Origin: an uncultured Verrucomicrobiae bacterium
GTDB lineage: Bacteria > Verrucomicrobiota > Verrucomicrobiia > Chthoniobacterales > Chthoniobacteraceae
Direction of reading: 5' to 3'
Assembly: GCA_963828525.1 (NCBI GenBank)
Contig: CAWHEP010000010.1
Location: 64,001 to 128,000, forward strand
Length of the DNA: 64,000 bases
This document shows, one piece after another, positions 40,731 to 50,299 of this stretch. A model generated the notes under the pieces. That model did no database searches and was not told where the DNA came from. It was given only the letters and a program-made list of their open reading frames with translations. How positions within the stretch are numbered: the stretch's first letter is position 1; each line of letters starts with the position of its first letter. A program made the position numbers and the translations under genes.

Positions 40731-42923
40731 ATGGAAAATCCGACCGTGAAGCAAACCGAAGGTGGCGCGCCTGTTCCAACAGTCGCGGAGAATTACCAGC
40801 CAGGAGTCTCAACTCCGCAGGGAGCCACATTTGACGGCAAAGGGACGAATTTTGCCCTCTTCTCCGAGGGAGCCGAGTATGTCGATCTCTGCCTGTTTGA
40901 CAAATCCGAGCAGACCAAAGAATCGGTGACCGTCCGCATGCGGGAGCGCACGAACGGCGTATGGCACATTTACCTGCCAGACGTCGGGGTCGGACAGCTT
41001 TACGGCTACCGTGTACACGGCCCGTACGAGCCGGAGAATGGGTTGCGCTTCAACCACAACAAGCTCCTCCTGGACCCCTATGCCAAGGCTATCGGGCGCG
41101 AGATTGTCTGGGACGATTCTCTCTTCGGCTACACCATAGGCGCGGAGGGCGATGATCTCACGTTCGACGAGCGCGACAGCGCCCCCTTTGCGCCACTGGG
41201 GATCATTATCGACAATACGTTTGACTGGGAGGACGACAAGCCGCTGACCACCGCCTGGCACAACACCGTCATCTACGAGGCGCACGTGAAAGGCCTCACG
41301 ATGACCCATCCGGACGTCCCGGATGAAATTCGCGGCACCTACGCAGCCATCGCCTCCAAACCGATCATCGATTATCTCACACGGCTCGGCATCACCGCCA
41401 TCGAGCTGATCCCGATTCAATATTTCGCGGATGATCGCCATCTTCAGGAGAAAGGCCTGCACAATTACTGGGGGTATAACACCCTTGGTTTCTTCGCGCC
41501 CCAGCGCGCCTACGCGGCAAGCCAGTCGCACCCCGCGGACGTAGTGAAGGAGTTCCGCGAGATGGTGAAGGCGCTGCACAAGGCGGGCATCGAGGTCATC
41601 CTCGACGTCGTTTACAATCACACGGCGGAAGGGAACGAGCGCGGCCCTACCTTATCCTTCCGGGGCATCGACAATAAGGCCTACTACCGCACGGTAGAGG
41701 GCAAAGAGCGCCATTACATGGATTTTACCGGCTGCGGCAACACCCTCAACATGGTTCATCCGCACAGCCTCCAGCTCCTCATGGACAGCCTTCGCTACTG
41801 GGTCACGGAGATGCACGTGGACGGTTTCCGCTTTGACCTCGCGAGCGCCCTCGCGCGCTCGCTCTATGACGTGGACCAGCTTGGCGCCTTCTTTACTTCC
41901 ATCTATCAGGATCCCACACTGGCGACGACCAAGCTGATCGCCGAACCTTGGGATCTCGGCATGGGCGGCTACCAGGTCGGCCAATTCCCGATCAACTGGA
42001 CGGAATGGAACGGTAAATACCGGGACAGTGTTCGCAAGTATTGGAAGGGCGAGACGGGCATGCACGGCGAGATTGCCATGCGGCTGGGCGGAAGCGCGGA
42101 CCTCTACGAGCAAGGCGGGCGGCTCCCTTCAGCCAGCATCAACTTCATCATCGCGCACGATGGCTTCACTCTGCACGACCTTGTCAGCTACAACGAGAAG
42201 CACAACGAAGCCAACGGCGAAAATAACAACGATGGCGCGAACGACAACGAGAGTTGGAACTGCGGAGTCGAGGGGCCAACGGACGATCCGGAGATCAACA
42301 AACTGCGCGAACAACAGAAACGTAACTTTCTCGCTACTCTCATGCTTTCTCAAGGCGTGCCGATGCTTTGCGCGGGTGACGAAATCAGCCGTACCCAAGG
42401 CGGCAATAACAACGGCTACTGCCAGGACACCGAGATCACGTGGCACGACTGGAACCTGGATGAAACCAAAAAATCCCTCCTCGACTTTACCAGCCGTCTC
42501 ATCCATTTCCGCCTGGAACATCCCAACTTTCACCGCCGCAGCTACGTCGAGGCCGATCCTACCGTTTCATCCCAGGCGGGGAGCATCCGCTGGTTGCGCT
42601 CCGACGGAGAGCCCATGGGCGAACAAGATTGGAACGAGGGGGGTTGGATGCGCACCATCGGTATGTACCTCTCTGGAGAAGCCCCCGAAATTCGGGATGC
42701 TTCCGGTGTCCGCGTCACTGATGACGACTTCCTGGTTCTTCTCAACAGCCATCACGAACCGGTTGACTTCAAGCTGCCAGAGGAAGCGCGTGGCAAGACA
42801 TGGACCGTGTCCCTCGACACCACCCGCCCCGAGCTGAAATCTGGAGCGGAGTCTGTCGTTGACGATACGTTCACAGTACAAGGCCGATCCCTGGCCGTGA
42901 TTGCTCACGCGCCGGAAACTTAA
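40731..42923 (+). CDS. glgX: Glycogen debranching enzyme (isoamylase, GH13)
   Basis: NYWGYNT, DVVYNHTAEG, DGFRFDLA, IAEPWD, AHDGFTL, QGGNNNGYCQD. Confidence 0.96.
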   Translation: MENPTVKQTEGGAPVPTVAENYQPGVSTPQGATFDGKGTNFALFSEGAEYVDLCLFDKSEQTKESVTVRMRERTNGVWHIYLPDVGVGQLYGYRVHGPYEPENGLRFNHNKLLLDPYAKAIGREIVWDDSLFGYTIGAEGDDLTFDERDSAPFAPLGIIIDNTFDWEDDKPLTTAWHNTVIYEAHVKGLTMTHPDVPDEIRGTYAAIASKPIIDYLTRLGITAIELIPIQYFADDRHLQEKGLHNYWGYNTLGFFAPQRAYAASQSHPADVVKEFREMVKALHKAGIEVILDVVYNHTAEGNERGPTLSFRGIDNKAYYRTVEGKERHYMDFTGCGNTLNMVHPHSLQLLMDSLRYWVTEMHVDGFRFDLASALARSLYDVDQLGAFFTSIYQDPTLATTKLIAEPWDLGMGGYQVGQFPINWTEWNGKYRDSVRKYWKGETGMHGEIAMRLGGSADLYEQGGRLPSASINFIIAHDGFTLHDLVSYNEKHNEANGENNNDGANDNESWNCGVEGPTDDPEINKLREQQKRNFLATLMLSQGVPMLCAGDEISRTQGGNNNGYCQDTEITWHDWNLDETKKSLLDFTSRLIHFRLEHPNFHRRSYVEADPTVSSQAGSIRWLRSDGEPMGEQDWNEGGWMRTIGMYLSGEAPEIRDASGVRVTDDDFLVLLNSHHEPVDFKLPEEARGKTWTVSLDTTRPELKSGAESVVDDTFTVQGRSLAVIAHAPET

Positions 42924-42948
42924 AATTCCACGCCGCTTCCCACGCGGA

Positions 42949-43605
42949 TTAAACGACGACGGGCGCCGCCGTGACCCCCGCAAAAGGCAGCGCCGGATTC
43001 GGGTGCTCTTCGGTGTCTGCCGTGGCGGGTTCCACGAGACGGCGGCTCCCCAGCAGATGCTGGAAGCGCCGGGCCTCGATCTGATAGCACGCCTGCAGCA
43101 GATCGATTTCCAATCCAAGGATCTGCCGTATCTCCCGGATTGGAAGATCAAGCACCTCTTCGAAGTTAAACGTGTCAAGCGGGTGGCAGGCCGAGATGTA
43201 CCCTGTCGCCACGGCGTCCCGGAAGATCCTCGCATGGTCTGGCTTGAACCGATACGCTTTTGGATACAGATGGCAGGCCGCCTTGCAATACCACCAGGCC
43301 TCCAGCGTCGAAACCCTGTCCGTGCTCCCCATCGTGAACCCGATCACGAATGCTTCGTCGGCGATGGTATAGCCGCGCCCCAGGATGATGTGAATGAAGT
43401 CATGCTGCCTCAGCGTCACGGCCCCATGGAATACCTGGTGGTTCGGGATCTGGTACTTGGGATTCTCAATTAGTCTAACGATCAATGGCACCTCGGTCTG
43501 GCTGTTGCCGAACGTCATGACTTGTGTGAAAACAGCTCGCAGCGACGCCGCGTCCGCTGAAAGCGGCAGGTGCCAGTAACGGAGTTCTTCTTTGCGATAA
43601 CCCAT
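42949..43605 (-). CDS. Coq4-like putative metal-binding protein
   Basis: HDFIH-x11-E motif and a C-terminal EEVLDLPIREIRQILGL segment, as in Coq4-family proteins; starts 4 bp after the upstream stop. Confidence 0.6.
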   Translation of the reverse strand: MGYRKEELRYWHLPLSADAASLRAVFTQVMTFGNSQTEVPLIVRLIENPKYQIPNHQVFHGAVTLRQHDFIHIILGRGYTIADEAFVIGFTMGSTDRVSTLEAWWYCKAACHLYPKAYRFKPDHARIFRDAVATGYISACHPLDTFNFEEVLDLPIREIRQILGLEIDLLQACYQIEARRFQHLLGSRRLVEPATADTEEHPNPALPFAGVTAAPVVV

Positions 43606-43609
43606 GTTT

Positions 43610-44284
43610 CTATTCCGTAAGCTTGGTGTCTCCCTGGATCCGATCAATCACCTGGTTTGCCATGCTGTTCTCACTTCGCAACGACTTCTCCAGTTCCTCC
43701 AGCTTGTCTTCGGGGGTGGCGCCCGCGAGATTTTTGATCACTTCATTTTGTCTTTGCAGAACTGTGAAACTGTCCTGCATCGCTTTGACACTTTTCTGGA
43801 AATGGGCGAGGCAGTCGGCGTCAGATTCGCCGCGCGGCGTTGAAGCCTCCTCCACCATCTGGTTGAAGATGTCCCGCGCCACAGCCTCGATTCGCAACGC
43901 TTGAGCCGTGGGATTCTGTTCCGCCTCGTTGAGCCTGGTGATTTCACGAAGCGCCGCGCTGGCGTCCAGCAAAGCCTCCGATTCCGCGATTCGCCCGCGC
44001 GAAGACAGGCTGTCAACAAGCTGCCGCAGTTTCTCATCATCCGCAGCCTGCTTCTCCAGCAGGAGCTTTCCTCTCACTACATTCGTGACGCGCGGCCAGA
44101 AGCGCGCCCAGCAGCCAGCCACCAGAACCGATGGGATGAGCATCAACCCGGTATTGGCCCACCATGGCAGGCTGCAGGCGGCCACAATTCCCATTGATGG
44201 CACAAAGGGCGCCCACGTGAGTGGCGTCCAGAAAATCTCCTTCAGCCCTCCCATCGCCACTCTCCCTCCAGGTATCGATTTCAC
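43610..44284 (-). CDS. Two-TM membrane protein with a helical C-terminal domain
   Basis: GTG start overlaps the upstream stop (alternative ATG at 44254); two hydrophobic segments then charged helices. Confidence 0.7.
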   Translation of the reverse strand: MKSIPGGRVAMGGLKEIFWTPLTWAPFVPSMGIVAACSLPWWANTGLMLIPSVLVAGCWARFWPRVTNVVRGKLLLEKQAADDEKLRQLVDSLSSRGRIAESEALLDASAALREITRLNEAEQNPTAQALRIEAVARDIFNQMVEEASTPRGESDADCLAHFQKSVKAMQDSFTVLQRQNEVIKNLAGATPEDKLEELEKSLRSENSMANQVIDRIQGDTKLTE

Positions 44285-45804
44285 CCGCTCTTGTCCTCCA
44301 TCAAATAGACCCGCGCGTGCCGGCACAGCCGTTTCCATGCAGCCTCCGACTGATCCTGCTGACGCGGAGGAAGATTGCTGCTGCCCAACCCTTCGGAATG
44401 GATGCGGTTGGGATCCACACCGCAAGAGATCAAAAAATCCGTCACAGCTTGGGCGCGCTCGTTCGAGAGGGCTTGATCCAGGCTCGCGTCACTCCCCGGG
44501 CTGACCTGCGCGGTGACCTTTACCCTTTGATCGGGATAATACGTCAGGCGCTTGGCAGCTTCCCTCAGCAACTCCCTGGAATCATCGTCCAGCGTCGATT
44601 GCCCGCTGGGAAAGTTAATGGGTTCATCGAGAAGCGTTCCGGCGACGCCGACTTTGCTCCACTCTTCGTCAGTCAGCAGGGGAAAAGTGGATTGGGTGGA
44701 CGCGACATCCACACTCTCCAACTCTGGGAAATTCACCAGACCGCCGAGTACGCGGCTATTCAAAACAGCGTACGGGTCGCCCCCCAGCGGGTCGCTGGAA
44801 AAGTCGCCGGATTTAACGAGGATATCCGATATTGCCTGGAGGCTGTCTACGATCCGGGCGCTGCCGGAAGGGACGCTACCGAACCAGTTTGTCTGGTTTT
44901 CACCGAGCGATATAAATCGGATTCCTTTCAACATTTGATCAACCACCGCGGGTGGCTGCCCGCTGAACGCCACAGCCAGGTCTCGCATCTCGTCCGGGTG
45001 ATTCAGGTAGTGATGCAGCGCCAGAAAATACGAGCGGGAGACCACATCCACAAGCGCTGGCTCTCTGGCAACGACCGTCCGGGAGGCAACTGTGACGTCG
45101 AGGACGAGGCCGCGGGCCTGGGATGTGTCGAGCAGGCGCTTGGCCCCTTTGATCTCATGCAGCGCGCGGGAAGTGAACGGTTCCCACAGCACCGCGAAGT
45201 CCACCGATCCACTTGCGAGGGCGCTGTATACATCCTCCTCCTTGTCTCTTTGAAAGGAACTCATCTTCCCGTCCAGATTGTCCAGGCGGAAGTGCGTTCG
45301 GCTGGACTTCAGGAAAAACTCGCTCGGCGAGTTGCCGACGAACGCGCCTTTGATCCCAGGCGTATTCAGCGAGTCCAAATTCGCAACCTTGCCGCCGCCG
45401 ATGATCGCGTCGCCACCGTGCGATTCGTCGATCATGAAAATGACCACTCCCGGGTAATTCGCGCCTTTGCCGTTCGAGATGAAGCTGTCCGCCGTGATTG
45501 CAAGAAAGTCGCACTTTCCCGCGCCCAGGCCCTCCACACGCTGCTTGAAATCAAACACCATTTCGTACTTCAACCCTATCCGGTGCTTGCGCAGCGCGTC
45601 CTGCATCGCCCGCGATTTGAAGATCAAATAACCAAGCCAGTCATCTCCCCACACCGTGACGACTCTGTCCACGTCACCCGCGTCACTTGTCAGCAACAGC
45701 TCCTGATGTTGCGCTTGAGAGATTCGCCAGGGCGCGGCCAGCTTCCAGCCAGCAAGCCCTGCCAGGATGGCGAGCAAACACAGGACGGTGATCTTCCGGA
45801 TCAC
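44281..45804 (-). CDS. ABC-type (NMT1/SsuA-like) solute-binding domain fused to an OmpA-like domain
   Basis: N-terminal anchor; IDESHGGDAII, SPSEFF, AVLWEPF; C-terminal INFPSGQSTL...ALSNERAQAVTDFL...IHSEGLG. GTG start inferred. Confidence 0.82.
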   Translation of the reverse strand: MIRKITVLCLLAILAGLAGWKLAAPWRISQAQHQELLLTSDAGDVDRVVTVWGDDWLGYLIFKSRAMQDALRKHRIGLKYEMVFDFKQRVEGLGAGKCDFLAITADSFISNGKGANYPGVVIFMIDESHGGDAIIGGGKVANLDSLNTPGIKGAFVGNSPSEFFLKSSRTHFRLDNLDGKMSSFQRDKEEDVYSALASGSVDFAVLWEPFTSRALHEIKGAKRLLDTSQARGLVLDVTVASRTVVAREPALVDVVSRSYFLALHHYLNHPDEMRDLAVAFSGQPPAVVDQMLKGIRFISLGENQTNWFGSVPSGSARIVDSLQAISDILVKSGDFSSDPLGGDPYAVLNSRVLGGLVNFPELESVDVASTQSTFPLLTDEEWSKVGVAGTLLDEPINFPSGQSTLDDDSRELLREAAKRLTYYPDQRVKVTAQVSPGSDASLDQALSNERAQAVTDFLISCGVDPNRIHSEGLGSSNLPPRQQDQSEAAWKRLCRHARVYLMEDKSG

Positions 45805-45847
45805 GGCTCTGGCAGGTTGTAAGCTCCGGCTCGCGCGCCCACGAATT

Positions 45848-46714
45848 TCACCTCCTCGCGCTTCTAAACGCGAGCGCCACCAGCAGCAATAGCAAAACCC
45901 CAACCACCTCTCCGAGTGTGATCACCAGCCTCCAGAGGCGTGACGCCGCGTCCCCGTGGCCCGCTTCTGGCGCGGGAACTACGGTCGGCGCCGGGGTGCT
46001 CTCGTCCGCTTTCTTGCTTTCGACCGGCATCTCAGAGATTGCCCGAAGATCCTCGGGCGTCGTCTTGACCTCGCCCCCAAGATCGACCTCCGCGTCCACC
46101 TTCTTCAACCCGCTCTTAAGCGCTTCCAAATCATCAGCCTGATAATAGTGGGTGGATGCTTGCGCGAGGTAATCGCCGTCCCCGTGGTAACCAATGCCAA
46201 CCACCTCGATGTTTAGCGACCGCATCTTCCTGATCACATTCAGAACCTCATCATCCCCTCCCGAATCCTGGTTTTCCTGACCATCCGTGAACAGGAGAAC
46301 CAGGTGCCGCTCGTAGGGTGTCACCTTTTTTCGGCGCTCCTGGATCTGCCGAGTTGCGAGTTTCAGGGCGCTCACGATGGGCGTGTTGGTGTGCGCGGAG
46401 AACCCTGCGATGGCCTGCGCCACTTGCTCAGGGCTCCTGCAAAACGGCACCACGACGCGGCCCCCGTCGTCAAAATCGATCAAACTCCAGGTGTACGTAT
46501 TCAGCGTAGATTGCAGCCATGCTTGAAAGGCTGCCTTCGCCTCATCGATCTTCCGCCCTTCCATACTTCCCGAGTTATCGAAGATCACCGTGATTGCCGT
46601 TCCCATATCAGGGTCGCCAGCTTCTTTCACCCCTTCGGAAGTCGAAGACGAGCCACACACAACCCGGGCAGCTAGCGCAAACACCAGGATTAAAAAGAAC
46701 CGGGGGATTTTCAT
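45848..46714 (-). CDS. Exported vWA-domain protein with C-terminal membrane anchor
   Basis: Signal peptide; MIDAS DNSGS...TP...FTDG; Pro-rich linker, TM helix and basic tail. Confidence 0.88.
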   Translation of the reverse strand: MKIPRFFLILVFALAARVVCGSSSTSEGVKEAGDPDMGTAITVIFDNSGSMEGRKIDEAKAAFQAWLQSTLNTYTWSLIDFDDGGRVVVPFCRSPEQVAQAIAGFSAHTNTPIVSALKLATRQIQERRKKVTPYERHLVLLFTDGQENQDSGGDDEVLNVIRKMRSLNIEVVGIGYHGDGDYLAQASTHYYQADDLEALKSGLKKVDAEVDLGGEVKTTPEDLRAISEMPVESKKADESTPAPTVVPAPEAGHGDAASRLWRLVITLGEVVGVLLLLLVALAFRSARR

Positions 46715-46721
46715 GGGAGCT

Positions 46722-48560
46722 TTACCGGAGGTCATCCGCTTTGAAACTCGTGGGCAGCTCACTTTCAACTCCGATGATGACGAGTTCGCCCCGCATATTC
46801 GCCTCGCGTTGTTCAGAAGTCGTCGCGTTGGGATAGACCGGATCAGCCACTCCCATCCCCTTCACATCGAACCGGGAAAGATCCACCTCCGCGGGCGACA
46901 GACCGACTTTCTCCCGGAGGTATCGCGCATACGCCTGCTTGATCGCCAGGGCTCTGGAAATCGATAGCTGGTTTGCGGCGTTTGTGAGTTCATCCAGGCC
47001 GGGAAGCGGCAGCGCTTCAAACTGGCCGCTCTCGGAATTGCGACGCTCGTAGGTCTTGTCGCCCCGCGCCGCCTTCATGCGCACGAAATTGTAGAAGAAG
47101 TTGTCCGCGTGCCCTCGGAGCTGAACGACCGCTCCCCCGTAGCGCGAGACCTTCTCGTGGATCGTATCAAAAACCTGCGGATAGTCCGCCCAGTTTAGCT
47201 CCGACATCTTCGCCGGAAACTTGAAGGTGTATGTGAACAGGGTGCGCGCGTCCGCCCCTGATTCCGCCTGGCGAACCGCCGCTTGATCGATAAACCTTGG
47301 AGTCGCGGGTCCGCCCGTTTCCTTGCCGCTCGTAAACTCGTTCCAGTTCCAGTCCGCCATTTCCAGCGGATGAGGCCCCGAGACCAGCCCGATCGTCTGA
47401 TAATACGAGTGGATGCGGGCCTGGGTCGCGGAGAAGCCTACGGGGTTATTTTTGTCCGTGAAGAAACTGACGTTGCCCGCGGCCTGGGCCAGCTCGCTAT
47501 CGACGCCCACCCACAGGATGTAGTCGTTGATGGCCGCCGCGTCGCCCTCGAAGATACCCGCGAGCGGTTTGCATATTTTCTTGAACTCAGCGGTCTCGTG
47601 CGCGTTGGCCGAACCTTTCAGGGCGATGTTATCCAGATACCTCTTGAACATGGCCTGTTCTTCCAGCATGGCCGTGACAAATGCCTTCATCTGATCGGCA
47701 TGCGCGTTGAAATAGTCCCTCCTTACCGCGTACACATCGGCGATCACGCGGCTGGCCGTGCGCGTCGTCAGGATCGGGGTCGCTCCCTTGACGCTGTCTT
47801 CCGCCCCAGTGCCAATGTTTCCTCCAGCCGTCAGAGCGAGGATGTCGGGCTCGATAGCCGAAGCCCCGGTCAGCGATGGATCGTTTCGCAACGCGCTCGC
47901 GGGATCGTTTGCCGCGTCTGTTCCGCTCTTCGGGTTGAAACTGATGTCTTTGACGTACTTGATTGTTACATCTCCAGGCTGAAGACCCGCGTCCAGCAAC
48001 AGCACCTGCACGAGATCAACGTGCGGGCCATTCTGCTGAACAACGATCGTTTTTCCCTTTAGATCAAAAAGCGTTTTGATGCCTTTGGCGACAAACCCGT
48101 CGGCCCCCGTGCTCCAACTGATCTGCATGATCACGACCGGAGCCAGCCGGGGGTCTTTCCGGGCCAGCGCTTCGGAAGCGAGATCGATCATACCGACGGT
48201 GCCGCGAAGAAAGGGTGTCTTCCCTGAGACATAATCCCGAATCTGCTCTTCGAAGTCGTCCTTCAAAGCGAGACTGACGGGACGTCCCAGCGCTTTCGCG
48301 AGCTTCGAATCAGTGGACGCCTCAAGCCCGTTGTTCGCCGCCACCGTAACGCCGTCCGCCGCCCAGGTAATGATGGGAATTACCAGGCGTCCATCCGTGA
48401 CCCGCCCCACGGGTCCTTCGAACGCGCGGCTCGCCGCGAACGGCTTTGCTGGCTCAACGTAGTTCACGGGCTTCCCCGCCGCAGTCGCTACCAGCGCGGT
48501 AAACAAACAAGCCCTTATTGTGTTGCGTGTCGGGAACAAGGAGCGTTTCATGGTCGTCAT
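46722..48560 (-). CDS. Second NMT1/SsuA-like solute-binding protein with C-terminal OmpA-like domain
   Basis: Signal peptide; IITWAAD, SWSTGADG, DLKGKTI, IADVYAVR; C-terminal LRGHAD...NQLSISRA...KGMG...ANMR. Confidence 0.8.
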   Translation of the reverse strand: MTTMKRSLFPTRNTIRACLFTALVATAAGKPVNYVEPAKPFAASRAFEGPVGRVTDGRLVIPIITWAADGVTVAANNGLEASTDSKLAKALGRPVSLALKDDFEEQIRDYVSGKTPFLRGTVGMIDLASEALARKDPRLAPVVIMQISWSTGADGFVAKGIKTLFDLKGKTIVVQQNGPHVDLVQVLLLDAGLQPGDVTIKYVKDISFNPKSGTDAANDPASALRNDPSLTGASAIEPDILALTAGGNIGTGAEDSVKGATPILTTRTASRVIADVYAVRRDYFNAHADQMKAFVTAMLEEQAMFKRYLDNIALKGSANAHETAEFKKICKPLAGIFEGDAAAINDYILWVGVDSELAQAAGNVSFFTDKNNPVGFSATQARIHSYYQTIGLVSGPHPLEMADWNWNEFTSGKETGGPATPRFIDQAAVRQAESGADARTLFTYTFKFPAKMSELNWADYPQVFDTIHEKVSRYGGAVVQLRGHADNFFYNFVRMKAARGDKTYERRNSESGQFEALPLPGLDELTNAANQLSISRALAIKQAYARYLREKVGLSPAEVDLSRFDVKGMGVADPVYPNATTSEQREANMRGELVIIGVESELPTSFKADDLR

Positions 48561-48579
48561 AGGATGATCGTGAGTCGCG

Positions 48580-50292
48580 TTACGAGGGCAGGGCCGCCCG
48601 GTCTAGCAACTCCTTCGGGATGAATTGTCGGTCGGAAGCTTCCGCGATGGCGAGATCGATCTGGTGGCCCATCACGGTTGCGGAGATCGGACTTTGATAG
48701 GTGCGCAGAGAGGTCATCAGCGCGTCACCGGCACTGATCCCTTGGCTGCGCGAATCGCGATAGACCTTCACGGCGATGGCGTTCGCTCCTCCGGGTGTCA
48801 GCCAATCCGGGAGTAGTGGCCTCAGCCCTTCAAAAAGTTCACTCTTAATCTCCAGACCTTTGCGGTGACAAAGGCGCTGGATCAGCTCGAAACTCTGCTC
48901 CGGCGTGACCGTGGGAAACAGCGGGATTTTGACATCGATTCTCCCGGGGCGCTTCAAGTCCACTTCGATCAGGTCTGGACGCGACGTGGCCAGCACCCAG
49001 ATGATCTTGCCCTGGTTATTTGTATCGCTCATTTCCTTGGCGATCATTGAATAGATCCTGCCCGAGAGCCCTGAATCTCCATCGCCGGAGTTCCGTTTTC
49101 CCAAAGCCTGGTCAGCCTCATCGATGAACACGAAGCAGCGTCCGAGAGAGTGAAGCAATCGGAATATCTTTTCCAGGTTGCCCTCCGTGCTCCCGATCCA
49201 TCGGTCACGGAAGTTTTTCAGCTTTACCACCGGAACGCCTGCCTCGCCCGCGAGGCACTCCACACTATATGTCTTGCCCGTTCCCACCGGCCCGCAGAAA
49301 AGGTATCCCATCGGTAGCGCGGTGAGGTCGCCCTCCCGCCATAGCTTTAAATCAAGGCGCAAGGTCTTTTTCAAATAGTCCTGCCCTTGCAATTCATCCA
49401 GCGATCGGGTGCTCTCCACAAATTCGATCAATCCCTCGCAATCCTGCTCAACGAGCGTCTTCTTCAAGCGCGAGAGGTCTTTGTCTTCGATTGGCTGCTT
49501 CTCATGCTCGCGGGTCAGGATCAACGCGCGTAACAGCGTCAACGAGGTTCCCACGAGTTGACGCGAAAGATTGCCCAGATCGCGGCCATCCAGGACGATC
49601 GGAGCTGCCGGGCTGAGGTGGTTCAAAAAGCGACGTATCTCTTCCTCGGAGGGCTGCGGAACCTGGATTTCCTTCGCGCGCAAATTGCGGGCGAGGATCG
49701 GGTTCAGATCCATCAAATTGTCGGCGATCAGAAAAGTCGCGAGAGGATAGGAAGCGAATATCTCCTCGCTGCTCCAGTCGCGGATCAGGAGCGTCAGCGC
49801 GTTGACATCGTAGCTCAGGCCGCCCTGCAATGCGGGCGCGATCAGGTGCGCCCCTTTGATGATGCACGCGATCGACGGCGGCGCCTCGTTCTCTCCCGGA
49901 CTTCGAACGCGCAGAAGGTTTCCCTGATACCGAAAGAGGTAGGTTAGATACTCGATCACCTCGCGGGGAATGATCGGCATTTTCTCCAGGCCGGATCCCG
50001 CCCACTCCTTCATCAGCTCGCCTCCTTTCAAAATCTGGATGCCGTTGCCAAGATCATAGGCGATGACGACTTTGAACTTTCCGAGAAGGTTGTTCTTTAG
50101 GTAGTCCGTCAGGCTCCCGGCGAACGTCTTCCCACCCTTCGCGCAAAGGAACTGATCGTTGACGTTCCCATGAATGATGAACTGGCTCAGCGCCTGGCTT
50201 TGATAAAGCTGGCTGATCTCGAAAGCCCAGGGTAACAATCCCTGCGCTTCGACGCTGCCCGTGGATGGCACAACGGTCTCAGTTGCCGTCAA
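48580..50292 (-). CDS. AAA+ ATPase with one intact C-terminal module
   Basis: Walker A GPVGTGKT, pore loop WIG, Walker B FIDEAD, SRH ATSRPD...KRPGRID; TTG start 7 bp after the pspA-like stop. Confidence 0.9.
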   Translation of the reverse strand: MTATETVVPSTGSVEAQGLLPWAFEISQLYQSQALSQFIIHGNVNDQFLCAKGGKTFAGSLTDYLKNNLLGKFKVVIAYDLGNGIQILKGGELMKEWAGSGLEKMPIIPREVIEYLTYLFRYQGNLLRVRSPGENEAPPSIACIIKGAHLIAPALQGGLSYDVNALTLLIRDWSSEEIFASYPLATFLIADNLMDLNPILARNLRAKEIQVPQPSEEEIRRFLNHLSPAAPIVLDGRDLGNLSRQLVGTSLTLLRALILTREHEKQPIEDKDLSRLKKTLVEQDCEGLIEFVESTRSLDELQGQDYLKKTLRLDLKLWREGDLTALPMGYLFCGPVGTGKTYSVECLAGEAGVPVVKLKNFRDRWIGSTEGNLEKIFRLLHSLGRCFVFIDEADQALGKRNSGDGDSGLSGRIYSMIAKEMSDTNNQGKIIWVLATSRPDLIEVDLKRPGRIDVKIPLFPTVTPEQSFELIQRLCHRKGLEIKSELFEGLRPLLPDWLTPGGANAIAVKVYRDSRSQGISAGDALMTSLRTYQSPISATVMGHQIDLAIAEASDRQFIPKELLDRAALPS

Positions 50293-50299
50293 AAATCTC

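Noticed and set aside
44221..45822. 533-aa plus-strand ORF, and similar long ORFs at 24936-26192, 16239-17204 and 54291-55196
   Set aside because: Antisense shadows of well-supported minus-strand genes, with no motifs; expected in GC-rich DNA.
45848..45990. PEP-CTERM sorting signal on the vWA protein
   Set aside because: VPAPEA is not VPEP and lies more than 10 residues before the TM; a plain membrane anchor explains it.
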